57,803 bases of DNA from a virus (Duplodnaviria > Caudoviricetes), in IMG/VR virus record IMGVR_UViG_3300009154_000067, positions 1 through 57,803 of that record, one strand, 5' to 3'. Below, piece by piece: positions 14,752 through 24,097 of this stretch. A program made the position numbers and the translations under genes. Below the pieces are notes generated by a model. That model was not told where the DNA came from and made no database searches. It saw only the letters and a program-made list of their open reading frames with translations. Each line of letters starts with the position of its first letter. Position 1 is the stretch's first letter.

Positions 14752-15042
14752 ATGTACAAGGTCGGCATCACAATCCATGATCAAATCTGGGCACAGGACA
14801 AGTGGGCGTTTGCAAATTGGGGCGCCAAGGATATGGTCTATGGTGATAATGGGGTTCAATTCAAGACCAGCGGCGCTGTAAAGTATAAGGGTTATGTTGT
14901 CATTCGGCTGACAGGCAATGATCTTTATGAAATCACTTTCTACAAGCTTCGTGGCATCAATATGACCAACGTAATTCTTCGGCGCGATATTTACGCTGAT
15001 AGTGTTATTTGTGAAATTAACTCTATCGTTCTGGGAAATTGA
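14752..15042 (+). CDS. Hypothetical early protein
   Basis: GGAG RBS; DLY.I motif. Confidence 0.75.
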   Translation: MYKVGITIHDQIWAQDKWAFANWGAKDMVYGDNGVQFKTSGAVKYKGYVVIRLTGNDLYEITFYKLRGINMTNVILRRDIYADSVICEINSIVLGN

Positions 15043-15150
15043 AATGCCGTATCTCAATCAAGTGCTAGCTGGAATTGTTGTCTGGCTAGCGTTTTTCTTA
15101 TTTTTTTGGGAGGCATATGATGTTGCCTTGCTCTTGATACAAAATACTCA

Positions 15151-15191
15151 TTGACACACCTACCACAATTTGCTATAATGCTTTCATAGAC
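15151..15191 (+). promoter_or_regulatory. Early promoter cassette
   Basis: TTGACA-17 nt-TATAAT followed by CATAGAC. Confidence 0.8.
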
Positions 15192-15211
15192 AGAAACAAG
15201 GAACCTAAACA

Positions 15212-15490
15212 ATGATTACCAATCTTCGTGATGCTCTGGCTCGTGGCGCTGTTACCGTGACCTTCATCAAGGTAAATGGTGAAATGCGCGTTATGCGCTG
15301 CACTACCAACGATGATCTTTTTGATTATGAGTTCAAGAATGTCGAACAAGTGTACAATTCTGACATTCTTCGCGTGTGGGATTTTGGTTCCAATGCTTTC
15401 CGTTCTTTTCACAGGGAAAATGTGATTAGTTGGGAAGTTGATGTGAAGATGGCGGTTGATCGTGATGGGAATATTTCTTTCCGAATGTAA
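15212..15490 (+). CDS. SH3-like beta-barrel (WYL-like) protein
   Basis: V.VTF.K.NGE.R.M.CT...VWD....FRSF pattern. Confidence 0.75.
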   Translation: MITNLRDALARGAVTVTFIKVNGEMRVMRCTTNDDLFDYEFKNVEQVYNSDILRVWDFGSNAFRSFHRENVISWEVDVKMAVDRDGNISFRM

Positions 15491-15542
15491 AAACCACATT
15501 TTCTTATATATAAACCAAAATTTAGAAAGGAGAGTATGAAAA

Positions 15543-15722
15543 ATGGCGCAATACAAACTGGTTTATTCTGAAGTGAACAATGATCGTACCTCCAAGAATT
15601 TTGGTTACGAGATTGAGCAAGTAAAGAAGTTTCATTCCTTGAATGAAGCTGTTGAATTCTCACGTATGTTGGCTAATACCAACATAAACATGCGCGGCAA
15701 ACCCATCATTGAGGAAATTTGA
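15543..15722 (+). CDS. Hypothetical protein (59 aa, MAQYKLVY...)
   Basis: AAGGAG RBS; below the ORF-track cutoff. Confidence 0.6.
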   Translation: MAQYKLVYSEVNNDRTSKNFGYEIEQVKKFHSLNEAVEFSRMLANTNINMRGKPIIEEI

Positions 15723-15838
15723 CATGTCCTACATTACTCGCTATAATCTTGAAAGCAAGCTTTGGGAAGTCGGTTATTGGGTTAATAGCCGCTTCTACAT
15801 CGTAAGCCGATATCCAAATGCATAAAAGGAAATTTGCA

Positions 15839-16243
15839 ATGGCTTATATTGATTCTGATATCGGTGAGTTAGTCGGTCTGGTCCTGAGGAAGATCGATTA
15901 TGATGATTATACAAAGGATACGATTGACTTTACCACCGATTCCGGTAAGCTCTTTCGCATGTACCATGATCAGGATTGCTGTGAGACTGTGCGCGTAGAA
16001 GAAATCATTGGTGATCTTGATGATTTGATCGGCAATCCTATTTTGACCGCTGAAAAGCGCACATCAGATGCATCTGGCGACCCTGATGTTTGGGAATCTG
16101 GTGCATGGACTTTCTACGAATTGGCGACCATCAAGGGCAGCGTAACAATTCGCTGGCTTGGTATCAGTAATGGTTATTATAGCGAAAGCGTAGAGTTTGT
16201 AGAAGTCAATGGCGATAAAACTTCGCGATTTCGGAGTCATTAA
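15839..16243 (+). CDS. Hypothetical phage protein
   Basis: H.QDCCE.V, WTFY.L.T.KG and SNGYYSE motifs. Confidence 0.8.
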   Translation: MAYIDSDIGELVGLVLRKIDYDDYTKDTIDFTTDSGKLFRMYHDQDCCETVRVEEIIGDLDDLIGNPILTAEKRTSDASGDPDVWESGAWTFYELATIKGSVTIRWLGISNGYYSESVEFVEVNGDKTSRFRSH

Positions 16244-16429
16244 ATGAACGAAGATCGGAAGACGGCCGCCTGGCAGCCGCTCATGGCCGAGAACAACCGG
16301 CTGCGGTCCGGCTGGCTCCGCTCCATCCAAGCAGAGAATTCCTGCGCGGCCACTGGCAAGCCATGCCGCGAACCGTGCGCATGCGTGCTGGAGCAGGCCG
16401 CGTTGATGGAGCCGCCCCATGCCGAATGA
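16244..16429 (+). CDS. Small Cys-containing hypothetical protein
   Basis: CxxxxxxCxxxCxC; start abuts the previous stop. Confidence 0.5.
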   Translation: MNEDRKTAAWQPLMAENNRLRSGWLRSIQAENSCAATGKPCREPCACVLEQAALMEPPHAE

Positions 16430-16690
16430 CACGCCCCGTCCCGAGACGACCGGCCCGCACTGGCGCGCATTTTGGTCTGCGTTCGCGCCAGCGTACGTCC
16501 GCTGGATGCTGTGGGCATCCCCAATCTGGGGATCGGTGCTGGCGTATTCGCTGTGGGAGATCGCGCATGGCCGGTAGATCAGGAAACCACCACCAAGCCC
16601 CGACGCGAAGCGCGCTATGATCCCCACGGCAAGATCGTCTGCATGGCGGCAGAGCCGCGCGTGGGCTGCTAGCAGGGAGCCAGTAGTGGC
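16250..16690. other. GC-rich foreign insert carrying small overlapping ORFs
   Basis: Abrupt shift to visibly GC-rich sequence within AT-rich flanks. Confidence 0.75.
16419..16577 (+). CDS. Trp-rich small membrane protein (52 aa)
   Basis: MPNDTPRPETTGPHWRAFWSAFAPAYVRWMLWASPIWGSVLAYSLWEIAHGR; GGAG RBS. Confidence 0.55.
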   Translation: MPNDTPRPETTGPHWRAFWSAFAPAYVRWMLWASPIWGSVLAYSLWEIAHGR

Positions 16691-16710
16691 TTATTATTGA
16701 GGATTCTTTT

Positions 16711-16929
16711 ATGAATGAGGATAAAGTGTTCAGATACGTGGTGGCTAGAAAATGGCACCCCGACGATCCTAACAGCGATTTATGCATCTATGCATATCAC
16801 ACTGAAATACAAACAGGTACGATGGAAGATGCCCGTCGCTTTCTTGAATATGTCAACGTTCGACTTCGACGCGATGATAAGAAGGACTATAGCATATATC
16901 GGGTAGAATTCGTTGAGGTTGAGACATGA
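16711..16929 (+). CDS. Hypothetical protein
   Basis: GAGGA RBS. Confidence 0.7.
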   Translation: MNEDKVFRYVVARKWHPDDPNSDLCIYAYHTEIQTGTMEDARRFLEYVNVRLRRDDKKDYSIYRVEFVEVET

Positions 16930-16955
16930 TATCGTCCTAGCCGCACCAAAAATCG

Positions 16956-17150
16956 TTAATTTGATCTACCCATTGTTGGATTGCTCTCGGCCCGGACTTC
17001 TGTGTTAGGCCATGTCCAACATTCTCCACTATCATTTTGAAAACAAACCCACAAAAGATGATGCTCTGGTCCATAATCTATAAGAAAATGGGCCAGGGCT
17101 TTTCCTTTTGGTGTTTTGATAGGAATAGGTGGATTTAACTGTAGAATCAT
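16956..17150 (-). CDS. Hypothetical protein
   Basis: QLNPPI...TPKG.A.A.F.IDYG.E..L.W pattern. Confidence 0.75.
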   Translation of the reverse strand: MILQLNPPIPIKTPKGKALAHFLIDYGPEHHLLWVCFQNDSGECWTWPNTEVRAESNPTMGRSN

Positions 17151-17154
17151 AAAT

Positions 17155-17430
17155 TCAATCCGTTACCATTGATTTTTTTGCGTCTTCTAAAAATGTTCTG
17201 ATAGCGTCAAGACTATTTTTACATTGTTGGTTTTGCTGATATAGATTTGCAATAAATCTGGCTACTTGTATATCAGTCAAGTTATTGCTTGGTGGAATCT
17301 CCACACGATTACAAACAAACATACTGTCTGCTGGCATCACAACGAACGTGTGCTGGGTTCTAATCATAACAGGGTCTGATGTACACCCTGTCAATAGCAG
17401 CATACCTATAAAGGTTGATAATCTGCTCAT
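17155..17430 (-). CDS. Lipoprotein, probable o-spanin (Rz1-like)
   Basis: Lipobox LLTGC; Pro/Cys periplasmic part; overlaps the i-spanin-like gene. Confidence 0.7.
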   Translation of the reverse strand: MSRLSTFIGMLLLTGCTSDPVMIRTQHTFVVMPADSMFVCNRVEIPPSNNLTDIQVARFIANLYQQNQQCKNSLDAIRTFLEDAKKSMVTD

Positions 17431-17798
17431 TGCGTCTCTCCATTTCTTAGCTGGTCTAGGGTGCGTCTCAGAACGTCAGAGGCTGGTCTATCGGCTGCCT
17501 GGGCTACTGGTGATGCCAGAAACTGGTTCAGGCTTTCTATGCGTCTAGAAAGGGCTTGATTCTGTGCAGCTAGCTGTTCTGTTATAACCGCCTGCTGTGT
17601 AGCTATAGCCTCCTGTCGCTGTTCAAAATCTCTACGATCTTTCTCTGCCTGTTCCATCTGTCTTTGATTAAATTCCACCAAGGCTTGGTGTTCTATATTA
17701 CGTTTCCAAATAACATACGTAGTTCTAACGGCACCGCCCAGCGCGATGCCAATAAATATGTACATAGCAAGTTTGTCTAAACCAAAAAATGAAAACAT
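17427..17798 (-). CDS. Probable i-spanin (Rz-like)
   Basis: N-terminal hydrophobic segment, then long coiled coil. Confidence 0.6.
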   Translation of the reverse strand: MFSFFGLDKLAMYIFIGIALGGAVRTTYVIWKRNIEHQALVEFNQRQMEQAEKDRRDFEQRQEAIATQQAVITEQLAAQNQALSRRIESLNQFLASPVAQAADRPASDVLRRTLDQLRNGETQ

Positions 17799-18028
17799 AT
17801 TTAAAACTCCAATGGATGGATGAAATAATGTACATTGTTCCAAAAAAATATATATTAGATGCTTCTAAAGACCCAGAAATAGATCAAAAAAACAACACGT
17901 TTATTTATGCCTTACAGATAGCAAAAATTTATAAAAATGAAAATCTTACTCCGGTATTCATTTATAATCCATCAGAGAACCAATTAATCGTGACCACCAA
18001 ACAAAAAATAAACAATGAATTTCATTAA
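17789..18028 (+). CDS. Hypothetical protein
   Basis: ORF between spanin-like genes and Hsp20; start uncertain. Confidence 0.5.
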   Translation: MKTYLKLQWMDEIMYIVPKKYILDASKDPEIDQKNNTFIYALQIAKIYKNENLTPVFIYNPSENQLIVTTKQKINNEFH

Positions 18029-18130
18029 AATATTTTAATTTTGCTTGACAATCGATCCCGAAAGACATATATAGAATTGTGCGGTGCAACATTTGGCCGC
18101 ACAATAAAATCTTGCTTTAAGGAGAAAAAT

Positions 18131-18592
18131 ATGTCATTTTGGAAAACTTATAATATCGATACTACAAATTTTGATCGTTTTTTTGTCGGTGCAGATACAC
18201 TGGCAAAACGCCTATCAGAATCTACAGCATTCTATGCAAATAATGTAGCAAATTATCCACCATATAATATCAGAAAAGTCGAAGATAACAAGTATGTTAT
18301 CGAAATGGCCGTCGCTGGTTTTACTAAGCAGGACATTGAATTGACTCTTGAAGATAATAAACTTCTCATTAAGGGAAGCACGAAACTGGAAAGCAATCCT
18401 AAAGATGGTGACGGTGCATCATATCTCTATAAAGGAATTGCCGACAGAAGTTTCAGTAGAGCATTTACACTGGCGGATAACGTAGAAATTCACAATGCAG
18501 AATTGATGAATGGTATGCTCAAGGTTTGGTTGGAACATTTAATTCCGGAGTCCAAGAAACCACGTAAAATTGAAATCGAAACAAAGGAATAA
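18131..18592 (+). CDS. hsp20: Small heat shock protein (Hsp20/IbpA family)
   Basis: NYPPYNI, IEMAVAGF, KGIA.RSF.R.F.LA and NGML motifs. Confidence 0.95.
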   Translation: MSFWKTYNIDTTNFDRFFVGADTLAKRLSESTAFYANNVANYPPYNIRKVEDNKYVIEMAVAGFTKQDIELTLEDNKLLIKGSTKLESNPKDGDGASYLYKGIADRSFSRAFTLADNVEIHNAELMNGMLKVWLEHLIPESKKPRKIEIETKE

Positions 18593-18596
18593 AACA

Positions 18597-18773
18597 ATGA
18601 TATTTTCTCTGGCCACTCATATTATTGAGTGGGTGCGTGCAACATATGCGTTGCGAAAACAATCAAGAGAATTGAATATGTTAAGCGATAATGATCTTAA
18701 AGATATCGGTCTTACTCGTGGTGATGCTGTTGCCCTTGCGCTAAGGCTAAGGGAAGTTCATCAGGGATCATAA
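18597..18773 (+). CDS. DUF1127 (YjiS-like) small protein
   Basis: EL..LSD..LKDIGLTR.D motif. Confidence 0.85.
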   Translation: MIFSLATHIIEWVRATYALRKQSRELNMLSDNDLKDIGLTRGDAVALALRLREVHQGS

Positions 18774-18776
18774 ATA

Positions 18777-18803
18777 AGGGGAGCTTAACGGCTCCCTTTT
18801 TTT
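18777..18803 (+). terminator. Rho-independent terminator
   Basis: GGGAGC...GCTCCC followed by T-run. Confidence 0.8.
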
Positions 18804-18823
18804 GTTATAGGAGAACTTAAATC

Positions 18824-19438
18824 ATGGCAATCACTAGAGAACAGCTTCATTTATTTTTCGAGACTACTCACCCCGAAATTATCAATCAATACATCGATCC
18901 ACTGAATAAAGCAATGAATCAATTTTTTATCAATAACACGTATCGTATCGCGATGTTTCTTGCCCAGATAGGTCATGAGTCTGGGGGGTTCATGCATGTA
19001 GAAGAAAATCTAAATTATAGAGCAGAAAGATTAGTTATTGTTTTTCCTAAATATTTTCGTAATGTTGACCCAAACAAATATGCCCATAATCCTGAAAAAC
19101 TTGCTAATCGAGTTTATGCAAACAGAATGGGTAATGGTCCCGAATCATCAGGTGACGGGTATCGTTTTCGTGGAAGAGGATTTATACAATTAACTGGGCA
19201 TGATAATTATGTTAATTTTGCCAAGGACATGGGCATTTCATTAGATGATGCGGTTATATATCTCTCTACGCCAGAAGGCGCATGTATGTCTGCTGCATGG
19301 TTCTGGCATAAACACAACCTCAATTTTTATGCTGATGCTAGCGATGTGGTAGAAGTCACTCGTCGTATTAATGGCGGTGAAATTGGTCTAACTGAACGTA
19401 CTGCCGCATTCAAGGAAGCCCTACAAATATTTACTTGA
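18824..19438 (+). CDS. Glycoside hydrolase family 19 endolysin
   Basis: FLAQIGHESGG, EENLNY, DG.RFRGRG.IQLTG, SAAWFW and INGG motifs. Confidence 0.92.
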   Translation: MAITREQLHLFFETTHPEIINQYIDPLNKAMNQFFINNTYRIAMFLAQIGHESGGFMHVEENLNYRAERLVIVFPKYFRNVDPNKYAHNPEKLANRVYANRMGNGPESSGDGYRFRGRGFIQLTGHDNYVNFAKDMGISLDDAVIYLSTPEGACMSAAWFWHKHNLNFYADASDVVEVTRRINGGEIGLTERTAAFKEALQIFT

Positions 19439-19496
19439 CTTCCTCTTTCTGACATGCTATATTGATGGGTCTAAGAAAGTGATGTGAGGTTAAAGT

Positions 19497-20993
19497 ATGT
19501 CAGAATTTTATACAAATGTATTTCAGCGCGGTAATAAAATTTATCTACGTGGGTACAAAGATGGCGTGGTAGTGCGCGAGAAGATTGATTACAAGCCATA
19601 TCTTTTTGCGCCTGCTGGTACAGAATCGATGACACCATATCGCACTCTGTATGGTGTCCCTATGGTCAAGAGAAATTTTGACACAATTCAGGAAGCCAAT
19701 AAATTTCTTGAGACGCACAGCGATATTTCAAATTTTCATGTTCATGGTCTAACGGACTATAAATATCTATTCATTTATGATCGTTTTCATGGTGAAATTG
19801 AATACGATCCTTCCCTAATCAACGTGATCAGTCTTGATATCGAAACCGATTCATCGGATGGGTGGCCGGATATTGATTCGGCTGATAAAGCTATCACAGC
19901 TATCACACTGAGCCGGCGTGGGGTTAAGAAGGTATTTGGGGTATTCCCATACAAGACGACAGATGATAATGTAGAGTACATTCATTGTATTGACGAGCAC
20001 ACTCTTCTTACCAATTTTTTGCAGGTATGGAGAACTGGGCATTTTATGCCTGATATCGTTACTGGGTGGAACATTGAATTTTTTGATATTCCGTATCTGG
20101 TAAATCGTATCAATCGAATTCTTGGCACAAATGATTGTGAAAACCCAGCAAAATATCTTTCCCCATGGAATCTTCTTACTGAGAAGCAAATCGAGATTCG
20201 CGGAAAGACCCATACGGTATTCAATCCTCTTGGCATTTCTGTGCTTGATTATTATCCACTTTACAAGAAATTTAAATTTGAAACGCAAGAAAGTTATCGT
20301 CTGGAAAACATTGCCCAGGTAGAAAATTTGCCTATCAAAAAGCTGGATTATAAGGCACAGGGGTATACCTCTCTTGATGACATGTATAAGAGGAATTTTC
20401 AGCTTTTTATCGACTACAACATTCAAGATACTACCGTAATTGATTTGCTTGAAGAAAAATTAAAGTTTATTGAGCAGGTAATGGCCCTTGCATATGATGC
20501 GAAAGTAAACTATAATGATACCTTGGCGACAGTGAAGCCATGGGATATTATTATTCACAATTATCTACTTGATCGTGCTATTGTCATTCCTCAATTCAAG
20601 CGTGGTAATTTCAGTCAAAATCTAGCCGGTGGATATGTCAAAGAACCAAAAATTGGTATGTCGAAGTGGGTAGTCTCATTCGATTTAACTTCATCATATC
20701 CCAATCAGATTATTCAATATAATATTTCCCCCGAGACATTCCGAGGAAGAGAACAAAAATTTAAAAATATTGATGATTTGATTATTGCCATGAGAGAAAA
20801 TAATTTATCGATTGATGGAAAGTATGCATTTGCGGCAAATGGAACAAAATATGATAAAGATAGACAAGGATTCTTACCATCCATCATGAAAAAGATGTTA
20901 GATGATAGAGCGAAGTATAAAACCCTAATGCTCGAATCAAAGAAACATCTGGAAAAATTGGAAGATGAAATCAAACGTCGTGGTTTGATCTGA
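19497..20993 (+). CDS. 43: Family B DNA polymerase, N-terminal part (gp43A-like)
   Basis: ExoI DIET, TGWN..FFDIPY, YN..D and motif A SFDLTSSYP; ends in the fingers helix. Confidence 0.92.
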   Translation: MSEFYTNVFQRGNKIYLRGYKDGVVVREKIDYKPYLFAPAGTESMTPYRTLYGVPMVKRNFDTIQEANKFLETHSDISNFHVHGLTDYKYLFIYDRFHGEIEYDPSLINVISLDIETDSSDGWPDIDSADKAITAITLSRRGVKKVFGVFPYKTTDDNVEYIHCIDEHTLLTNFLQVWRTGHFMPDIVTGWNIEFFDIPYLVNRINRILGTNDCENPAKYLSPWNLLTEKQIEIRGKTHTVFNPLGISVLDYYPLYKKFKFETQESYRLENIAQVENLPIKKLDYKAQGYTSLDDMYKRNFQLFIDYNIQDTTVIDLLEEKLKFIEQVMALAYDAKVNYNDTLATVKPWDIIIHNYLLDRAIVIPQFKRGNFSQNLAGGYVKEPKIGMSKWVVSFDLTSSYPNQIIQYNISPETFRGREQKFKNIDDLIIAMRENNLSIDGKYAFAANGTKYDKDRQGFLPSIMKKMLDDRAKYKTLMLESKKHLEKLEDEIKRRGLI

Positions 20994-21070
20994 GCAAAAA
21001 CCAACTCGGAAGGACGGCAGAAAAAACCCGAATATTACCAGAGCAATAGAATGGAGAAAGAATAGCAACG

Positions 21071-22214
21071 ATGGATTTACATGATTTAACCGACGATGAA
21101 TTGATTGAAATGAAAAAAAAGGCAGAAAGGGATGTTGCACGTTATCATAATATGCAATTGGCCAAAAAGGTGCAACTTCAACTCAGCATATGGCGCGATT
21201 GCAAACGAATGGTTTCGGTGGTTTGACTTTAATCTGGCAGAGGCTATTACTCTATCTGGTCAGCTTTCCATTCGCTGGATTGAGAAGGAAGTTAATGCAT
21301 ATCTCAACAAAATTCTAAAGACTAAAAATGTTGATTATGTGATCGCATCAGATACAGATTCGATCTATGTCAATATGGAACCTATTGTAAAGTCAATGGG
21401 AATTGTTGATGATCCGCTGGCTGCAACTTTTGCGCTTGATGAATTCTGTAAGACTCATATTCAATCCGTAATCAATAAGTCTTACAAGAAGCTTTCTGAT
21501 TATATGAATGCTTATGAGCAGAAGATGTTCATGAAGCGAGAAACCATTGCGGAGAAGGGAATTTGGCGCGGCAAGAAGATGTACATTCTAAATGCCTGGA
21601 ACATTGAAGGCGTGCAGTTTTCTGAGCCAAAGCTGAAGATCATGGGCATTGAGGCTGTACGGTCTTCGACGCCAAAAGTATGCCGCAATAGCATCAAAAA
21701 GGCTCTTGAAATTATCATGAACAAGGATGAGGAAAGCATCCAGAATTTTATCCAAAATTTCAAGGAAACCTTTGAGAAACTTCCTTTTGAAGATATTGCA
21801 TCACCAAGAGGAATGAACGGTATTGAAAAATATTTCACTAATGGAATAACTGCCATGCAAGAGCAAATTGAATTGTATGGCGCACAATACATTTCTAGAA
21901 CTCCAATCCATGTCAAGGGGGCGATCATTTATAACAGTCTTCTGGTCGCTAATGGTCTAGATAAGAAATATCAAAAGATTGGCAACGGAGACAAGATCAA
22001 GTTTGCATATCTAAAACAACCAAATCCAATTCAAGCTTCAGTAATTTCTATTCCAGAAGAATTGCCACCAGAACTAAAGCTTGAGAAATATATCGACAAA
22101 GAAATGCAATTTGAGAAGACATTTCTTCTGCCTATCAAATCAATTCTTGATGTAATCGGGTGGAAGTCTGATAAGTCTCAGCATTATGCATCTCTTGAGA
22201 GATTCTATGAATAA
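21071..22214 (+). CDS. 43: DNA polymerase C-terminal part (gp43B-like), with +1 frameshift at ~21179
   Basis: ATG 21071 frame gives ...MQLAKKVQL; the +1 frame continues NSAYGA...DTDS...KKMY. Confidence 0.85.
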
Positions 22215-22234
22215 CAAATTTGAAAGGATAATAT

Positions 22235-23146
22235 ATGTCACTACGTGATAGAATTCTACAAAACTCAACAATTAAAGAGACTGCCATTCTGTCGGAAAGT
22301 TTTTTGTTTAAAACCAAAGATGTAGTACCAACCCGAGTACCAATGATAAATGTTGCGCTATCAGGTAAAGTCGATGGTGGTATCATACCGGGACTTACAA
22401 TGATTTCCGGACAATCAAAACACTTCAAATCTGGATTTACTCTACTTTTAGCTTCAGCTTTTCTGAAAAAATACAAAGACGGTATCATTCTATTTTATGA
22501 TTCTGAATTTGGTTCACCAGAAAGTTATTTCGCTTCTTTTGATATTCCTGCTGAAAATGTCGTTCATACTCCGGTAACAGATATCGAAGAATTGAAGCAC
22601 GACATTTCTGTTCAATTAAAAGATTTTACACGAAAAGACAGGGTAATGATACTTGTTGATTCTATTGGTAATTTGGCTTCAAAAAAAGAAACAGAGGATG
22701 CAATCGAGGGCAAAACTGTTGCTGATATGTCAAGAGCAAAAGCATTGAAATCTCTTTTTCGTATTGTCACTCCAAAGCTAACATTAAAAAATATTCCTAT
22801 GGTCGTCATCAATCATACGTACAAAGAGATTGGTCTATATCCCAAGGATATCGTCTCAGGTGGGTGCGTCGATGGGGAGACTATGATTCGGATGGCTGAT
22901 AATAGTTTATCTAAAATGGCTGATTTGACTGTCGGTGATTTTGTTTTAACTATAGATGGACCAAGGAAGGTGATTGCTACATGGAATCCCGAAACATTAT
23001 ATGAGGGTACACCAGATCGTTTTGAAGTTGAATTTGAAGATGGATATAAAGTTATCGTATCCGAAAATCATAAATTCTTAACAATCAATCGTGGATGGGT
23101 TCAAGTCACAGATTTAAATAATTATGATGATTTGGTATCAGTGTAA
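22235..23146 (+). CDS. uvsX: UvsX recombinase N-extein plus split intein N-part (22865-23143)
   Basis: G.SKHFKS, FYDSEFG, DSIGN, NHTY..IG..PK..VSGG, then CVDGET...SENHKFLT..GW (intein blocks A/B). Confidence 0.9.
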   Translation: MSLRDRILQNSTIKETAILSESFLFKTKDVVPTRVPMINVALSGKVDGGIIPGLTMISGQSKHFKSGFTLLLASAFLKKYKDGIILFYDSEFGSPESYFASFDIPAENVVHTPVTDIEELKHDISVQLKDFTRKDRVMILVDSIGNLASKKETEDAIEGKTVADMSRAKALKSLFRIVTPKLTLKNIPMVVINHTYKEIGLYPKDIVSGGCVDGETMIRMADNSLSKMADLTVGDFVLTIDGPRKVIATWNPETLYEGTPDRFEVEFEDGYKVIVSENHKFLTINRGWVQVTDLNNYDDLVSV

Positions 23147-23567
23147 GAAACAAAGGAGTATTTTACTCGCCATAAATTCAACTGGCGCCAACAACAATTT
23201 TTATGGTAAAACACACAGCCTAGAAACAAAGATGTTAATTTCACAAAAATTGACAGGCAATAATTATAGAACAGAAGAAACTATAAAAAAATGGATTGAT
23301 GAAGTTGCAAAAAAACCAAAAACTTCAGAACATAGATTAAAAATAGCCGCTGGTTCAAGAGGATTTCTTGTATTTCAAAATACACAAACTATGGAGATAA
23401 TCCGAATTGATCGCGAAAGTTCTGAAAATTTGAACAAAAATCTATGGGTACATCCAAGAAAACTAAAACCGGAAACAAAATTTAAATGCGATCATTGTGA
23501 AATTATCACAACCAAAGCGTGTTTAAAACGATGGCACAATCAAAATTGTAAAAAAAAGGATTTGTTT
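23124..23567 (+). pseudogene. Decayed homing endonuclease (NUMOD3 and Cys/His tail, no nuclease domain), in frame with the intein C-part
   Basis: GANNNFYGKTHSLETK..IS NUMOD3 motif; C.HC...RWH..NC. Confidence 0.65.
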
Positions 23568-24095
23568 ATGAAAATTACAAATATTAAATCAATCGGTCCC
23601 GGTCCCGTTTATGACATTTCTGTTGATGGGAATGAGCAATATGTTCTTGAAAATGGTATTGTTTCCCACAATACGGGCGCATATTATGGGGCAAATGATA
23701 TCTGGATTATTGGGCGTCAACAAGACAAAGACAAAACCGAAATTTCTGGATATCATTTTATTATCAATATTGAAAAGTCTCGTTTTGTTCGCGAAAAATC
23801 AAAAATTCCTATCACGGTTTCTTTTGCCGGTGGCATCGATAAATGGTCTGGGCTACTTGACTTGGCAATGGAAGCAGGTTATATTGTCAAGCCGAAGAAT
23901 GGATGGTATGCTCGCACAAATAAAGAAACTGGTGAAATGGGTAAAAATATGCGAGAGGATGATTTTATTAATAATAATGAATTCTGGACTTCTCTCTTTG
24001 AAGAAACTGATTTTTCTAGTTGGATTCAGGAAAAATACACTCTTGTTCAGGGCAGCATTATGCCAGAAGACGATGATGAAACTATCAAGGAATAA
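23568..24095 (+). CDS. uvsX: Split intein C-part (35 aa) plus UvsX C-extein
   Basis: AAGGA RBS; MKITNIK...VYDISV....Y....GIVSHN|TGAYYGANDIWIIGRQQ...KSRFVREK. Confidence 0.9.
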   Translation: MKITNIKSIGPGPVYDISVDGNEQYVLENGIVSHNTGAYYGANDIWIIGRQQDKDKTEISGYHFIINIEKSRFVREKSKIPITVSFAGGIDKWSGLLDLAMEAGYIVKPKNGWYARTNKETGEMGKNMREDDFINNNEFWTSLFEETDFSSWIQEKYTLVQGSIMPEDDDETIKE

Positions 24096-24097
24096 TT

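Noticed and set aside
13920-15191. Repeated CTTCATAGACAC motif as CRISPR repeats or attC sites
   Set aside because: Spacing is gene-sized, the motif sits at promoter start sites, and no cas or integrase gene is present.
16064-16787. Long minus-strand ORFs across the GC-rich insert
   Set aside because: Stop codons are scarce in GC-rich DNA; the + strand small ORFs have RBSs and fit the local gene orientation.
20994-21131. Intein or self-splicing intron in DNA polymerase
   Set aside because: No intein C1/HN motifs, and the gap is too short for an intron.
21132-21179. ORF-track start MLHVIIICNW for the polymerase C-terminal part
   Set aside because: It is out of frame with the conserved QLAKK sequence; the real start is ATG 21071.
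23179-23200. Short similarity (CTGGCGCCA) between the uvsX endonuclease remnant and the remnant near 53165
   Set aside because: Too short to support a common origin.
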